Assembly: GCA_019348195.1 (NCBI GenBank)
Contig: JAHWJX010000001.1
Coordinates: 36,091-100,090, forward strand
Length of the DNA stretch: 64,000 bases
Source: Pseudomonadota bacterium
GTDB lineage: Bacteria > Pseudomonadota > Alphaproteobacteria > Caulobacterales > Caulobacteraceae
Direction: 5' to 3'
The translations under genes were made by a program, and so were the position numbers. This document shows, piece by piece, positions 19,543-29,771 of this stretch; the first letter of the stretch is position 1, and each line of letters starts with the position of its first letter. The notes beneath the pieces are model-generated. The model did no database searches. It was not told where the DNA came from and was given only the letters and a program-made list of their open reading frames with translations.

Positions 19543-21708
19543 TTAGAAGCCGACCTCCAGCCCCAGTTGCGTGATCCTCGGCTCATTGGGCAGGATTCCC
19601 CGCGTGCGATCCACGATGAAGGTCTCGTCGAAAAGGTTGCGCACGGACAGGAGCAGGCGGACGGGCGTTCCAGGGATGGGCGCCGAAGCCGCCAGGTTCC
19701 AGACCAGCGCCTCTTCCAGAAGGCCACGCTGCCCGTTGGGCGTGGGCGCCACCGTGTTCAGATCGTCGGCGAACATTTTTCCGGTGTAGACGGCTTCGAC
19801 CTCGCCCCGGATTCCGTTCGGGGCCTCATAGCCCAGCGCCGCGCGGGCCAGGGTCTCGGGCGCGTAGGGAAGCCGGTTGCCGGTCACCGAAACCCCGGTG
19901 AAACCGCCGATGGTGGAGAAACGCCGGCCCTGGTACTCCGCCGTCGGAATCCAGGTCACCGAAGCTTCAGCGTAGATGTCGCCCGCCGTGCGGCCCGCCT
20001 CCTGCGAGGAGAATGAGAGCGCGCCTTCCAGACCTTGGTGCAAGGTTTCCCCGGCGCTGGTCAGGGTGGCGCCCAGGCCGCCGGCCACGGAGCTGGGGAC
20101 GATCTGGTTCTCGAAATCCATGCGGAACAGGGTGGCCTCCAGGCGCAGGCCGGGCGCCATCCGGGCGCGGAGTCCGACCTCGCTGTTGACGCTGAGTTCT
20201 TCGTCCAGCTCGACCACGCCCCCCGCATCGGTGATCACGTCCTCCACGCGGGGCGGAGAGAAGCCGCGGTGGACGCCCGCGAAGACCGTCAGCTCCGGGC
20301 GCGGCGTCCAGGTGATCCCCGCGCCCGGGATGAGGGCCTGAAGGTCGGATTCGCCCCGGCGACGCCCGAGCTTGTCGGAGCGCTCGAAGTCTATCGTCTC
20401 ATAGCGAAGCCCCCCGCTGAGCGCGAAGTCGCCCAGCCGGGCCGTGTTCTGCAGGTAGCCGGACAGCGCACGCGCTTGGCGCACGTTCTGCTCCCGAACG
20501 CCGGCGTTGCGCCCCACGCCGGGGCTGCGGGAGGTGGGCAGGTCGCCGTTCCACTGGAACCGCTCCTGATTTTCGGCGTGCGCCCGCAGGCCCGCCTCCG
20601 TGTGCTGGGCGGAGTCGCCCAGGGTCCAGTCCGCCGTGAGCCGGCTCTCGACGCCGAACTGATAGTACTGCCGCAGCCGACCTTCATTGCCGCAGGTCGT
20701 GCTCAGATTGACCATCGAGCCGCACGCCGGATCGGAGGCGTCGTTGGGTCTCTGGCTCGAGTTGGACGACTGCCGCCACCAGTCCCGCTCGAAGCTCGAA
20801 CCATAGAGAACGGTCGTGAGCTTGAGGGCGTCGCTGAACCGCACACCATGCGAAAAGGACAGCCCGTGGCGCGCTGCTTCGAATTCGTCGTTCGGAAAAG
20901 GATTGCCGCGAGGGTTCGCACGAAACTCGGCCTCGGTGAGGCCGGTGTAGGAGACTTGGCTGTCCTCCTTGTAGGAGGTGAGCTTCAAAGTCATGTCCTG
21001 CCGGTCGGACAACCGGAACACGCCCTTTAGCAGCAGGTCGGCATAGGCCAGATGCTGGTTGTCGCGGATACCGTCCGTCTCGCGGGCGGTGAAGCCGCCG
21101 ATCAGGCCCAGGCGGCCCACCGTGTCTCCCCCCTGCAGCACCAGCTCGCGGGTGTTGCGGGAACCTGCGCGCAGCACGAGCCGGACCTCCCTCTCCTCGG
21201 GCGGGGTCGGAGTGATGTAGTTGATCACGCCCCCGACCGTATGCGGGCCGAAGACGATCTGGCCGGAGCCCTTCAGGACCTCGATGGCGGAGAACCGCTC
21301 AAGCGGCGGATGGTAATAGGTCTCATTGGAGCCGTAGGGCGCAAAGGTTACGGGCACGCCGTCCTCCAGCAGCAGCACCTCGGACGAGCGGGTCGGGTTC
21401 AGGCCGCGGAAGCCGATGTTCGGACGAAGGCCCAGCCCCTCTTCTCCGCGCGGATACAGACCGGGAACCCGGCGAAGCACGTCGTTGATGCTGAGCGGCT
21501 GGGACCGGCGGTAGTCCTCCGCGTTCAAGACGGCGACCGAGCCGGCGATATTGTTCAGTCGGGCAGGCGCGATGACCACAAGCTCGGAGACGGTCTGCTC
21601 CTCCAGCTCGGTGGCTGCGGCCAGGGCCTCCTCGGCCTGGGCGCCCTGAGCGGTCGCGCCCGCAATCAGGACAGTGGAGACGGTGGCCAGGAGGAGTCGA
21701 CGGGGCAC
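19543..21708 (-). CDS. TonB-dependent outer membrane receptor
   Basis: Signal peptide ending AQGAQA, TonB-box-like ELVVIA, plug motifs (INDVLRRVPGLY, IRGL-like FRGLNP, EVLKGSGQIVFGPHTVGGVINYIT). Beta-barrel ending in GLEVGF with a terminal aromatic residue. Confidence 0.92.
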   Translation of the reverse strand: MPRRLLLATVSTVLIAGATAQGAQAEEALAAATELEEQTVSELVVIAPARLNNIAGSVAVLNAEDYRRSQPLSINDVLRRVPGLYPRGEEGLGLRPNIGFRGLNPTRSSEVLLLEDGVPVTFAPYGSNETYYHPPLERFSAIEVLKGSGQIVFGPHTVGGVINYITPTPPEEREVRLVLRAGSRNTRELVLQGGDTVGRLGLIGGFTARETDGIRDNQHLAYADLLLKGVFRLSDRQDMTLKLTSYKEDSQVSYTGLTEAEFRANPRGNPFPNDEFEAARHGLSFSHGVRFSDALKLTTVLYGSSFERDWWRQSSNSSQRPNDASDPACGSMVNLSTTCGNEGRLRQYYQFGVESRLTADWTLGDSAQHTEAGLRAHAENQERFQWNGDLPTSRSPGVGRNAGVREQNVRQARALSGYLQNTARLGDFALSGGLRYETIDFERSDKLGRRRGESDLQALIPGAGITWTPRPELTVFAGVHRGFSPPRVEDVITDAGGVVELDEELSVNSEVGLRARMAPGLRLEATLFRMDFENQIVPSSVAGGLGATLTSAGETLHQGLEGALSFSSQEAGRTAGDIYAEASVTWIPTAEYQGRRFSTIGGFTGVSVTGNRLPYAPETLARAALGYEAPNGIRGEVEAVYTGKMFADDLNTVAPTPNGQRGLLEEALVWNLAASAPIPGTPVRLLLSVRNLFDETFIVDRTRGILPNEPRITQLGLEVGF

Positions 21709-21724
21709 TGAAACGGCTCTTTAC

Positions 21725-21777
21725 TGCGAATAATTCTCATCCGCAGCCCTAGCTGGGCGTAATGTTGCGAGTCAATC
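21725..21777 (-). promoter_or_regulatory. candidate promoter with an overlapping Fur-box-like 6-1-6 inverted repeat upstream of the TonB-dependent receptor
   Basis: On the minus strand: TTGACT (21771-21776), then 15 nt, then GCTAGGGC (resembles the alphaproteobacterial GCTANAWC -10), then GAGAAT-T-ATTCGC (21726-21738). It sits in the only AT-rich patch of this spacer. Confidence 0.4.
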
Positions 21778-22054
21778 GCAAGCGGGCCACAGGCGGGAAT
21801 TTTCCGCCAAGCTTCGCTTGCCGCCGACGGAGCTGACTCGCGGCGGCCGGGAGCTGGCGCGTGCCAAGCCGCCGATCTTTCCGCCAGGCCGCGCGGGCCG
21901 AGTTCGACCCGAGCGGTCCGACCCTGCAAGGACGGCAGATCGACTCAAGGAGCGCCTAGGCGCTGACCAGAAAGCTCAACTGCCGCTCCGTGCCGTCCGT
22001 GCGGCCTTCGGCGTATTCCCGGTCGAGCAGGCGGGTGGGATAGTCGCCCGTGAA

Positions 22055-23434
22055 CTAGTGATCGGTGAACTGCGGGTTCGCCGGGTCGCGCGCCGCCTCG
22101 CCCATGGCCCAGTAGAGCCCGTCGACCGACAGGAACCCGAGGCTGTCGACCTCGAGCAGGTCGCGCATCTCGGCGACCGACTTGTGCGCCGCCAGCAGCC
22201 GGTCGCGGTCGGGCATGTCGATGCCGTAGAAGTCGGGGTGCAGGATGGGCGGGGAGGCCGAGCGCAGATGCACCTCTCGCGCGCCCGCCTCGCGCACCAT
22301 GCGCACGATCTTGAGGCTGGTGGTGCCGCGAACGATGGAGTCGTCGATCAGGACCACGCGCTTGCCTTCGAGCACGGCCCGGTTGGGGCTGTGCTTCATG
22401 CGCACCCCTAGTTCGCGCACGCCCTGGGTGGGCTGGATGAAGGTGCGGCCGACGAAGTGGCTGCGGATGATGCCGAGCTCGTAGGGCAGGGCGCTCTCGC
22501 GCGAATAGCCCAGGGCGGCGGCCACGCCCGAGTCGGGTACGGGCACGACCACGTCGGCCTGGGCGCCTTGCTCCTGCGCCAGGCGTAGGCCCATGCGCTT
22601 GCGCACGTCATAGACCGAACGGCCGTTCATGACGCTGTCGGGGCGGGCGAAGTAGACGTATTCGAACAGGCAGGGGCGAGCGCGGACCGCGGGGAAGGGC
22701 CGGAGCGACTGCACGCCCGTCTCGCTGCAGACCACGATCTCGCCGTGCTCCACGTCGCGGACGAAGGTGGCGCCGATCATGTCCAGCGCGCAGGTCTCCG
22801 AGGCCAGCACGGGCTTGCCGTTCAGCTCACCCAGCACCAGCGGGCGGATGCCCAGGGGGTCGCGGGCGCCGATCATCTTCTTGTTGGTCAGCACCACCAG
22901 CGCGTAACCGCCTTCGATCTGGCGCAGGGCGTCGATGAAGCGGTCGATCAACTTGCCCCGGCGCGACTGGGCTATGAGGTGCAGGATCACCTCACTGTCG
23001 GAGGTGGACTGGAAAATGGCGCCCTGCTGCACGAGCCGAGTGCGCAGGTGCAGGAAGTTCGTGAGGTTGCCGTTGTGGGCCAGGGCCACGCCGCCGGTCT
23101 CGAGGTCGGCGAACATGGGCTGGACGTTGCGGATGACCGAAGCGCCCGCGGTGGCGTAGCGGGTATGGCCGATCGCGGCCCGGCCGGGCAGGCGGTCGAC
23201 GAGGTCGGGAGCGCCGAACGCCTCCCCAACCTGGCCCATGTGGCGTTCGGTGTGGAAGCGCGCCCCGTCGAAGGAGGCGATGCCGCAGGCCTCCTGGCCG
23301 CGGTGCTGCAGGGAATGGAGGCCCAGGGCGGCGACCACGCTGGCGTTCTCGGCGCCCCAGATGCCGAAGACGCCGCATTCGAGACGGGGGCGGTCGTCGT
23401 CGGGATCACGCTCGGACAGGGGTGGAAGGGGCAT
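22055..23434 (-). CDS. purF: amidophosphoribosyltransferase
   Basis: Start [19 protein letters not shown] is a propeptide, followed by the catalytic CGVFGIWG. PRTase motif [13 protein letters not shown]. The ORF-track extension to 23650 is rejected. Confidence 0.93.
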   Translation of the reverse strand: MPLPPLSERDPDDDRPRLECGVFGIWGAENASVVAALGLHSLQHRGQEACGIASFDGARFHTERHMGQVGEAFGAPDLVDRLPGRAAIGHTRYATAGASVIRNVQPMFADLETGGVALAHNGNLTNFLHLRTRLVQQGAIFQSTSDSEVILHLIAQSRRGKLIDRFIDALRQIEGGYALVVLTNKKMIGARDPLGIRPLVLGELNGKPVLASETCALDMIGATFVRDVEHGEIVVCSETGVQSLRPFPAVRARPCLFEYVYFARPDSVMNGRSVYDVRKRMGLRLAQEQGAQADVVVPVPDSGVAAALGYSRESALPYELGIIRSHFVGRTFIQPTQGVRELGVRMKHSPNRAVLEGKRVVLIDDSIVRGTTSLKIVRMVREAGAREVHLRSASPPILHPDFYGIDMPDRDRLLAAHKSVAEMRDLLEVDSLGFLSVDGLYWAMGEAARDPANPQFTDH

Positions 23435-23573
23435 CACACGCTCCTCCCTGAACGCCCGCTCTCCCGGGCGAAAGCCGGGGTCCAGGGCCCGGCGGCGAGG
23501 CGTGGGTCTGCGAGGCGGGGTATCGCGGTGCGGTGGGCCCCGGCTTTCCCCGGGGAGGGTGGGAGGGTGGAGG

Positions 23574-24167
23574 TCATCGCGTGGGCGCGTCCTCGTTGGA
23601 GACCGGAGTGTCGGAGGGGTCGCGGTCGCCGGGCGCGCGACCGTCGACAACGGCGTCGCGCAGCGCTGGGGCGAGGCCGTCGGTCCTTTGGCTGCCCTCG
23701 CGAGCGACCACGCGGAGGCCTCCGGCGGCGGCGGTGCTGAGCGGGTAGGTGGCCGCTTCCGTCATCCAGGTGGGGAGGCGTTCCGCGGGCGTGGCGGTGT
23801 GGAAGACGAGGTGGAACACGCCGATCAGAACCAGGGCGCGCACGGCGCCGACCGCGATGCCGGCGAAGCGATCCACGCTGCCCAGCGCCTTGGTCTGATG
23901 GATCCGTTTGGTGAGGTGGGCGCCCAGAACCCGGAGCAGGATGTAGACGGCCAGGAAGACGATAAAAACGGCCACGGCGTTGCCCGCCCATTCGGGCTTG
24001 ACCGCGTCGCGCGCGATTGGGCCCGTGAAGCGGACCGCGAAGACCGCGACCAGGGCGCCGCCGAGAAAGGCCAGCACCGTGACCAGCTCCCGCGTGGCGC
24101 CGCGGACAAAGCCGACCAGCCCCGAGACGAGCAGCAGCAGAACCACGGCGAGATCGAACAGGGTCAC
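23574..24167 (-). CDS. cvpA: CvpA family (colicin V production) membrane protein
   Basis: MTLFDLAVVLLLLVSGLVGFVRGATRELV and four TM segments. Conserved position upstream of purF. Confidence 0.88.
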   Translation of the reverse strand: MTLFDLAVVLLLLVSGLVGFVRGATRELVTVLAFLGGALVAVFAVRFTGPIARDAVKPEWAGNAVAVFIVFLAVYILLRVLGAHLTKRIHQTKALGSVDRFAGIAVGAVRALVLIGVFHLVFHTATPAERLPTWMTEAATYPLSTAAAGGLRVVAREGSQRTDGLAPALRDAVVDGRAPGDRDPSDTPVSNEDAPTR

Positions 24168-24209
24168 GGGCGAGGACTCACGCTTGTTCCGGGGCCGGCG
24201 CCGGTCGAG

Positions 24210-25574
24210 TCACCAGCTGTTATCCCCAATTCGCCCGACGGCCTCTCCCAGACGGTTAACGCCGGACACGGCGATGGCCGCGCCGTCGCAAGCGGGGGAG
24301 GGCGCCAGCGCCCGGTTGAAGCCCAGCTTGGCGGCTTCCTTCATGCGCGCCTCCATGCGGCCCACGGGTCGGACCTCGCCCGACAGGCTGACTTCTCCGA
24401 AGACGACGCAGTCCTGAGGCAAGGGCGTGTCCAGGGCTGAGGAGGCCAGGGCGGCGGCGGCGGCGAGGTCAGCGGCAGGTTCGGTGATGCGAAGCCCTCC
24501 GGCGACGTTCAGGTAGACGTCGCGGTCGCCGAATCCAAGGCCGCAGCGCGCTTCAAGCACGGCCAGCACCATCGCAAGGCGGCCCGAGTCCCAGCCGACC
24601 ACCGCGCGGCGGGGGGTGCCATAGGCGGAAGGGGCGACCAGGGCCTGGAACTCGACCAGCACGGGGCGAGAGCCTTCGATGCCGGCGAAGACCGCGGCGC
24701 CGGAGGCGCGCTCTCCCCCTTCGCCCAGAAAGAGCGCGGAGGGGTTCTTCACCTCGCGGAGGCCGGCGTCGGCCATTTCGAACACGCCGATCTCGTCGGT
24801 CGCGCCGAAACGGTTCTTGGCCCCGCGTAGGATGCGGAACGGATAGCCACGCTCGCCTTCGAAGGCGAGAACAGCGTCGACCATGTGCTCGACCACCCGG
24901 GGGCCGGCGATCTGGCCGTCCTTGGTGACGTGGCCCACCAGGATCACGGCGACGTTGCGCGACTTGGCCAGGCGGACGAGCTCGCCCGCGGCGGCGCGGA
25001 CCTGGCTGACCGAGCCCGGGCCGGATTCGACGGCGTCGCTCCACATGGTCTGGACCGAGTCGATGATCACCAGGTCCACCGGTTCGCGCTTCAGGCCATC
25101 GATCACGGTGCGCAGGTTGGTCTCGGCGGCGAGCTTCACCGGGGCCTGGGCGAAGCCCATGCGGTGGGCGCGCGAGCGGATCTGCTCCACGGCCTCCTCG
25201 CCCGACACATAGGCGCAGGACACGCCCCGGAGCGCCGCGGAGGCTGCGACCTGGAGGAGCAGGGTGGACTTGCCCACGCCCGGGTCGCCGGCCAGCAGGA
25301 TCGCCGAGCCCGGAACCACGCCGCCGCCGCACACGCGGTCGAACTCGTCCACCCCCGTAGCGATTCGGGGCGGGGTGGGGTTTTCGCTTTGCAGGCTTTC
25401 AAAAGCCAGGCCCCGTTGTTTCGTGGCGCGGCTGGGGGCCATGGTCCCGGGCGGGCGCGCCGTGACCTCCTCGACCAGGGTGTTCCAGGCCTGGCAGCCC
25501 GTGCATTGGCCGGACCATTTCGCGTGGGCCGTCCCGCAGGACTGGCAAACATAGGTCGCGCCGTCTCTCGCCAT
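24210..25574 (-). CDS. radA: DNA repair protein RadA
   Basis: Zinc finger CQSCG..CTGC, Walker A GDPGVGKSTLLLQ, KNRFG motif, Lon-protease-like C-terminal domain. Confidence 0.95.
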   Translation of the reverse strand: MARDGATYVCQSCGTAHAKWSGQCTGCQAWNTLVEEVTARPPGTMAPSRATKQRGLAFESLQSENPTPPRIATGVDEFDRVCGGGVVPGSAILLAGDPGVGKSTLLLQVAASAALRGVSCAYVSGEEAVEQIRSRAHRMGFAQAPVKLAAETNLRTVIDGLKREPVDLVIIDSVQTMWSDAVESGPGSVSQVRAAAGELVRLAKSRNVAVILVGHVTKDGQIAGPRVVEHMVDAVLAFEGERGYPFRILRGAKNRFGATDEIGVFEMADAGLREVKNPSALFLGEGGERASGAAVFAGIEGSRPVLVEFQALVAPSAYGTPRRAVVGWDSGRLAMVLAVLEARCGLGFGDRDVYLNVAGGLRITEPAADLAAAAALASSALDTPLPQDCVVFGEVSLSGEVRPVGRMEARMKEAAKLGFNRALAPSPACDGAAIAVSGVNRLGEAVGRIGDNSW

Positions 25575-25612
25575 GGGGGCAGTCTAGTCTTTGGAACGGA
25601 CGGTGAACAGGG

Positions 25613-26356
25613 TCAGGGCTCGGAGCGCCCGCTCACGAACTGATCGACGAGGGGGTGGCCTGAACGATCGACCTCGTCGGCGGAGCCTTGCCAGACGATG
25701 CGCCCGGCGTGCAGCATGGCGATCCTGTCGGCGATGCGCCGGGCGCTCGCCATGTCATGGGTGATCGACACGGCCGTGCAGCCGAGACGACGGACCTGCT
25801 CGACGATCAGGGCGTCGATGACGCCGCCCGTGACGGGGTCGAGGCCCGTGGTGGGTTCGTCGAAAAAGAGAATGTCCGGATCCGCGATGATGGCCCGGGC
25901 AAGGCCGGCGCGCTTCTGCATGCCGCCGGAGAGCTCGTTCGGTCGCTGATCGGCGGCGGAGGCGGGCAGGCGAACCCGGTCCATGGCGTCCAGCGCCCGG
26001 GCCCGGGCGGCGCGACGGGGCAGGCCGTCGGCGTGAAGCAGGCGAAAGGCGATGTTCTCCCAGACCGGCAGGCTGTCGAAGAGGGCGGCGCCTTGAAAGA
26101 GGAAGCCGTAACCAGGCGCGTGGGCGGCGCCCGGCGCCAGCGGCTGGCCGTCGAGCCGGACCTCGCCCCCGTCCGCGCGGAGCAGGCCGGCGGCGATCTT
26201 GATCAGGACCGACTTGCCCTGGCCCGAACCTCCGATCACGACCAGTGACCGGCCGGGATCCACGGCGAGGTCCACGCCGTCCAGCACGAGCTTGTCGCCG
26301 AAGCGCTTGGAGACGCCGCGCCATTCCAGTCTGGGCTGCGCCGGTTTGGGCGTCAT
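25613..26356 (-). CDS. mlaF: ABC transporter ATP-binding protein, MlaF-like
   Basis: GGSGQGKS, LSGGMQKRAGLARA, ILFFDEPTTGLD. ATG 26356 overlaps the mlaE stop (ATGA). The ORF-track extension to 27241 is rejected. Confidence 0.88.
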   Translation of the reverse strand: MTPKPAQPRLEWRGVSKRFGDKLVLDGVDLAVDPGRSLVVIGGSGQGKSVLIKIAAGLLRADGGEVRLDGQPLAPGAAHAPGYGFLFQGAALFDSLPVWENIAFRLLHADGLPRRAARARALDAMDRVRLPASAADQRPNELSGGMQKRAGLARAIIADPDILFFDEPTTGLDPVTGGVIDALIVEQVRRLGCTAVSITHDMASARRIADRIAMLHAGRIVWQGSADEVDRSGHPLVDQFVSGRSEP

Positions 26357-27123
26357 GCGGTGAATACGCCCGTCAGTAGATAGTCGGCCGCGAAGATCAG
26401 CACGGCGGCGGAGACCACGGCGAAGGTCGCGGCCCGACCCACGCCGCGCGCACCGCCCTTGGCGTGGAAGCCGTGCCAGCAGCCCATCAGGGCCACGATC
26501 AGGCCGAACACCGCGGCCTTGAGAAGGCCGGAGATCACGTCCCAAGGCTCCAGGAAGTCTAGCGTGTTGCGGATGTAGAGCCGGCCGTCGAAGTCCAGGG
26601 TGGCGGTGGCCACGAGCCACCCGCCGGCGATCCCGAGGATGTCGGCCACGGCGGTGAGCAGGGGCAGGCTCAGGATCGCGGCGGCGAGACGCGGGGCGAC
26701 CAGATAGCGATAGGGGTCCGTGGACAGGGTGGCGAGAGCGTCGATCTGCTCCGTCGCGCGCATGGCGCCGATCTCGGCGGCGATGGCCGCCGACACCCGG
26801 CCGGCCAGCATGAGGGCGGCCAGAACCGGGCCCAGCTCGCGGACGATGCCGAGCGCCACGATCTGGGGCATGACCTGTTCGGCGTTCAACCGACCCCCGC
26901 CGGTATGGATGTTGAGCGCCAGCGCCGCCCCCGTGAACACGGCGGTGAGCCCCACCACAGGCAGGGAGCGGAAGCCGATCACCAGCATCTGACGCGCGGT
27001 CTGGCCCGGGAAGAAAGGCCGGGTGAAGGCGGAGAGAAGGCCGCGGGCGCCGAAGAGGGTCACGGCGCCGGTTCGCCGCGCGGCGCCCAGGGTTGCGCGT
27101 CCCAGCGCCGCGAGCGGGTTCAT
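26353..27123 (-). CDS. mlaE: ABC transporter permease, MlaE-like
   Basis: 256 aa, 5-6 TM. MlaE-type motifs QMLVIGFRSLPVV, GIVRELGPVLAALMLAGRV, ATEQIDAL. Confidence 0.88.
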   Translation of the reverse strand: MNPLAALGRATLGAARRTGAVTLFGARGLLSAFTRPFFPGQTARQMLVIGFRSLPVVGLTAVFTGAALALNIHTGGGRLNAEQVMPQIVALGIVRELGPVLAALMLAGRVSAAIAAEIGAMRATEQIDALATLSTDPYRYLVAPRLAAAILSLPLLTAVADILGIAGGWLVATATLDFDGRLYIRNTLDFLEPWDVISGLLKAAVFGLIVALMGCWHGFHAKGGARGVGRAATFAVVSAAVLIFAADYLLTGVFTA

Positions 27124-28175
27124 GCCCCGATGTAGCGCCGCTGGAGCCTGGGCGCGAGGCGGACCAGCAACTCATAGGCCAGGGTGTCGGAGGCGGCCGC
27201 GACCTCGTCGATCGGCGCGTCGGGGCCGAACATCTGGGCAAGGTCGCCGGGCCGGGCGTCCATCCCGGTGACGTCGACGGCGATCAAGTCCATGGAGACG
27301 CGCCCGATCACCGGCGCCCGACGGCCGCCGAGCGCTGCAAAGCTGCGCGAGGAGCCCGCACGCAACACTCCGTCGGCGTAGCCGGCGGACAGGATCCCAA
27401 CCCGGAGAGGCTCCGCCGCGGTGAAGGTCGCACCGTAACCCACCGTCTCGCCCGGGGATACGTCCCGGACCTGAAGGATGGGGGCCTCCAACGTGGCGAC
27501 CACCTGAAGCCGGGGGTCGGGGCGACCCTGGGGGCCGCCGCCGTAGAGGCTGATGCCGGGCCGGACCATCTCAAAGGCGTAGTCGGGACCGAGAAAGACG
27601 CCCGCCGAGTTGGCCAGGCTGGCGCGGACGTCGCGGAAGAGAGCGCGAGCTTGACGAAACGCGCCGAGCTGGCGCGCATTCATGGGGTTTGCCGGCTCGT
27701 CGGCGCAGGCAAGATGGCTCATCACCCAGGACAGGCGGAGCCCGCCTCGAGCGGCCAGCTCCGCCTGCTCCAAGGTCAGGCCCAGACGGTTCATGCCCGT
27801 GTCGACATGCAGCGCGGCCGCGCCGCCTTCGCCTTGCACGCGCCAGAGCTCGACCTGCTCGGGGCTGTTCAGGACCGGCGTCAGCGCCGCCGCCTTCAGC
27901 CGGGCCACGGCGTCCGCCACGGCCCCGTCCAGCACCAGGATCTCGGCGGGAAGCTTCCCCAGGGCGGTGCGGAGCGCCTCGCCCTCAGAGATGCGGGCGA
28001 CATAGAAGGTGCGGGCTCCCTCAGCGTGCAGACGTCTGGCGACAGCCGCAGCGCCCAGGCCATAGCCGTCCGCCTTGACCACGGGGGCGACGGCGGCGCC
28101 GCCAGCCATCCCCCGCAGGGTCGCGTGGTTGGCGGCCAGGGCGTTCAGGTCGATCGTCAGGCGAGAGTCGGGCAC
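27120..28175 (-). CDS. alr: alanine racemase
   Basis: PLP-lysine motif VVKADGYGLG. C-terminal VSMDLIAVDVT. Stop overlaps the mlaE start. Confidence 0.92.
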   Translation of the reverse strand: MPDSRLTIDLNALAANHATLRGMAGGAAVAPVVKADGYGLGAAAVARRLHAEGARTFYVARISEGEALRTALGKLPAEILVLDGAVADAVARLKAAALTPVLNSPEQVELWRVQGEGGAAALHVDTGMNRLGLTLEQAELAARGGLRLSWVMSHLACADEPANPMNARQLGAFRQARALFRDVRASLANSAGVFLGPDYAFEMVRPGISLYGGGPQGRPDPRLQVVATLEAPILQVRDVSPGETVGYGATFTAAEPLRVGILSAGYADGVLRAGSSRSFAALGGRRAPVIGRVSMDLIAVDVTGMDARPGDLAQMFGPDAPIDEVAAASDTLAYELLVRLAPRLQRRYIGA

Positions 28176-28283
28176 AGGTCCTCCTATCGCCTGGGCCTCC
28201 TGGCGCGAAGGTCTGCAGGCCCCGAACGGCTCTTCGGCGCCGCGCGCTGCGTGTTTCGTCGCGGGTGCGCGGCGCCGGAGCGC

Positions 28284-29771
28284 TCACCGCACGTCGAAGC
28301 GGCCTTCCCGGGCCAGGTTGCCGAACTTGGTGATGTCCTCGTCGAAGGAGAGCTTCACCGTGCCGATGGGGCCGTGGCGCTGTTTGCCGATGATGACCTC
28401 GGCCACGCCGCGGAGGCGGTCCATGTCCTCCTGCCAGGTGAGGTGCTCGGGCGTGCCTTCGCGCGGCTCGCCGCGACCCAGGTAGTAGCTCTCGCGGAAC
28501 ACGAACATGACCACGTCGGCGTCCTGTTCGATGGAGCCGGATTCGCGCAGGTCGGACAGCTGGGGCCGCTTGTCCTCGCGGCTTTCGACCTGGCGGGAGA
28601 GCTGGGACAGCGCCAGGACCGGAACGGACAGCTCCTTGGCCAGCGCCTTCAGGCCCTGGGTGATGGCGGACACCTCCTGCACCCGGTTCTGCTCGCGCGA
28701 GCCGTCGGAGGCGGTGACCAGCTGGAGGTAGTCGACCACGATCAAGTCCAGGCCGCTGGTCCGTTTCAGCCGCCGGGCGCGGGCGGTGAGCTTGGCCAGC
28801 GACAGACCGCCGGTCGCGTCGATGAACAGCGGGGCTTCCCCGATCTCGATCGCCGCGTCACGCACGCGGCCGAACTCGGACTGGTCGATCTCGCCCTTGC
28901 GCAGGCGGTCGGAGCTGACGCCGGACACGTCGGCCAGCAGGCGCAGCGCCAGCTGTTCGGCGCTCATCTCCAGGGAGAAGAAGGCCACCACGCCGCCGTT
29001 GACCGTCTTGCGTTCGCCGGTGGGCGTAGGCTCCCAGGCGTAGGAGCGCGCCACGCTGAAGGCGATGTTGGTGGCCAGCGCCGTCTTGCCCATGGAGGGG
29101 CGCCCGGCGAGGATCAGCAGATCGGACGGGTGCAGGCCGCCCAGCTTCTGGTCCATGTCGATCAGGCCCGTGGACACGCCCGCCAGCCCGCCTTCGCGGC
29201 TGAAGGCCTCCGCGGTCATCTGCACGGCGCCGGTGAGCGCGTCGGCGAAGGTCTGGAACCCGGTGGAGGGCGCCCCGGTCTCGGCCAGGGTGTAGAGGCG
29301 CTGCTCGGCAGCCTCGATCTGCTCCTTGGCCGCGGTCTCGACGTCGTTGTTGGCTTCGGAGGCGATCTCCCCGCCTAGGCGGATGAGCTCGCGGCGGAGC
29401 GCTAGGTCGTAGATCACCCGGCCATAGTCGGCGGCGTTGGCGGCGGGCGGCGCCCGGTCCACCAGGTCGGCCATGTAGCGCAACCCGCCCAGTTCGTTGA
29501 ACGCCGGGTCGGCCTTGAACCGTTCCATCAGCACGATCGGCTCGGCCAGCATGCCGCGCCGAATGTACTCCTCCATCACTCCGTAGAGCCGCCCGTGGAA
29601 GGGTTCGTAGAAGTGCCGCGCGTTCAGTTGGTCGCCAAGGCGCTCATAGGCCGCGTTGTCGAACAGCAGCGCGCCCAGCAAGGCCTGTTCGGCTTCGATG
29701 TTGTGGGGCGGGCTGGCGGGGAGGGCCGCTTCGGCGGGGCCGATCGAGGGCAGATCGTACGCAAGAGACAT
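28284..29771 (-). CDS. dnaB: replicative DNA helicase DnaB
   Basis: PHNIEAEQALLGALL N-terminal motif, Walker A AGRPSMGKTA, LIVVDYLQL, SQLSRQVE. Confidence 0.96.
   Translation of the reverse strand: MSLAYDLPSIGPAEAALPASPPHNIEAEQALLGALLFDNAAYERLGDQLNARHFYEPFHGRLYGVMEEYIRRGMLAEPIVLMERFKADPAFNELGGLRYMADLVDRAPPAANAADYGRVIYDLALRRELIRLGGEIASEANNDVETAAKEQIEAAEQRLYTLAETGAPSTGFQTFADALTGAVQMTAEAFSREGGLAGVSTGLIDMDQKLGGLHPSDLLILAGRPSMGKTALATNIAFSVARSYAWEPTPTGERKTVNGGVVAFFSLEMSAEQLALRLLADVSGVSSDRLRKGEIDQSEFGRVRDAAIEIGEAPLFIDATGGLSLAKLTARARRLKRTSGLDLIVVDYLQLVTASDGSREQNRVQEVSAITQGLKALAKELSVPVLALSQLSRQVESREDKRPQLSDLRESGSIEQDADVVMFVFRESYYLGRGEPREGTPEHLTWQEDMDRLRGVAEVIIGKQRHGPIGTVKLSFDEDITKFGNLAREGRFDVR

Noticed and set aside
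21951-21964. Perfect 14-bp palindrome AGCGCCTAGGCGCT about 90 nt downstream of purF
   Set aside because: It is too short and has no loop, so it is not a convincing terminator. There is no second copy in the window, and no protein-binding role can be argued from sequence alone.
23435-23650. N-terminal extensions offered by the ORF track: purF to 23650, mlaF to 27241, bamB from 14734, purM to 51031, rpsF to 31454, mlaD from 59141
   Set aside because: The extensions are Arg/Pro-rich and overlap neighbouring genes. Internal starts give canonical N-termini (propeptide plus CGVFG, lipobox, MTNGLTYADAGVD and so on), often with ATGA-type coupling.
27093-29378. 761-aa ORF on the plus strand
   Set aside because: It is antisense to alr and dnaB, both of which have unmistakable family motifs. 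The product is Arg/Gly/Ala/Pro-rich low-complexity sequence, typical of stop-codon-poor antisense frames in GC-rich DNA.
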